DNA of 35,013 nucleotides from a virus (Duplodnaviria; Heunggongvirae; Uroviricota; Caudoviricetes): IMG/VR virus record IMGVR_UViG_2534681831_000020, positions 1 to 35,013 of that record; one strand, 5' to 3'. Shown piece by piece: positions 34,629 to 35,013 of this stretch (position 1 is its first letter; each line of letters starts with the position of its first letter). The notes under the pieces were generated by a model. It saw only the letters and a program-made list of their open reading frames with translations, ran no database searches and was not told where the DNA came from. The position numbers and the translations under genes were made by a program.

Positions 34629-35013
34629 ATGGAATTTAAAGATTTACCTCCTTCAATCCAGGAGATTGCAGCACACACACTTCGTCATCGTCTGAACGAA
34701 CTTGAATTGGAATCGGTAACGAAAAAAGACACTGATAATATGGCTCGTAATGTGCGCGATGCGTTTACCGGATTGTATTTCTGTGCGTCTATAAATAAAC
34801 ACGACTCAGAGAGTGTGGCAAATAAAATTGCAGAAACGACAGCGCAAAACATCAATACGAAACCAACGGAAGAAGAAATTGATCAGTTTGCTCATGATGC
34901 TGGTTTAAAAAACAAGAAAGAAAAATCGCCATATGCGGGGAACATGTTTGTTTATGACAATCTCATCAGAATTCGTGGCGAAATTCCGGCGGAATACCTG
35001 GCAAGAGTCCATC
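34629..35013 (+). CDS. hypothetical protein, partial (runs off window end)
   Basis: ATG at 34629 preceded by GAGG; MEFKDLPPSIQEIAAHTLRHRLNELELESVTKKDTDNMARNV...; open to the end of the window. Confidence 0.35.
   Translation, partial: MEFKDLPPSIQEIAAHTLRHRLNELELESVTKKDTDNMARNVRDAFTGLYFCASINKHDSESVANKIAETTAQNINTKPTEEEIDQFAHDAGLKNKKEKSPYAGNMFVYDNLIRIRGEIPAEYLARVH

Noticed and set aside
1-35013. CRISPR arrays, integrase or attachment-site sequences
   Set aside because: No short direct repeats with regular unique spacers were seen, and no tyrosine or serine recombinase ORF is present; the window covers only the immunity-to-tail portion of the prophage.

Overview
This window is the late half of a lambda-like prophage of an enterobacterium (Escherichia/Shigella type), shown reverse-complemented relative to the lambda map: almost all genes lie on the minus strand. 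From high to low coordinates it reads: Rac-like immunity region (DicA/RacR-like repressor on +, Cro/YdaS-like and YdaT-like on -), replication module (O-like initiator with internal iterons, DnaC-like loader), a nin-like accessory region (DUF551, hok-type toxin, YgiW/BOF-like moron, Rem-like, DUF968, RusA), a putative Q antiterminator with a downstream terminator, an AraC-family regulator, three tRNA genes (Ile2-CAT, Arg-TCG, Arg-TCT), an IS66-family element with a nested IS629-like insertion, a TerB-like gene, NanS-p-like esterase, a pinholin/SAR-endolysin/Rz/Rz1 lysis cassette with extra ORFs, cosN, and the full lambda-like head and tail gene set from Nu1 to a partial tape measure gene H. 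No Shiga toxin genes, integrase or CRISPR array are present. Several genes (V, IS66 transposase, repressor) carry single-base frame disruptions at homopolymer runs, which most likely reflects consensus errors in the assembly. All protein identifications rest on recalled similarity and gene order, not on database searches; coordinates I derived by hand (tRNAs, cos, IS ends, terminators, iterons) may be off by a base or two.
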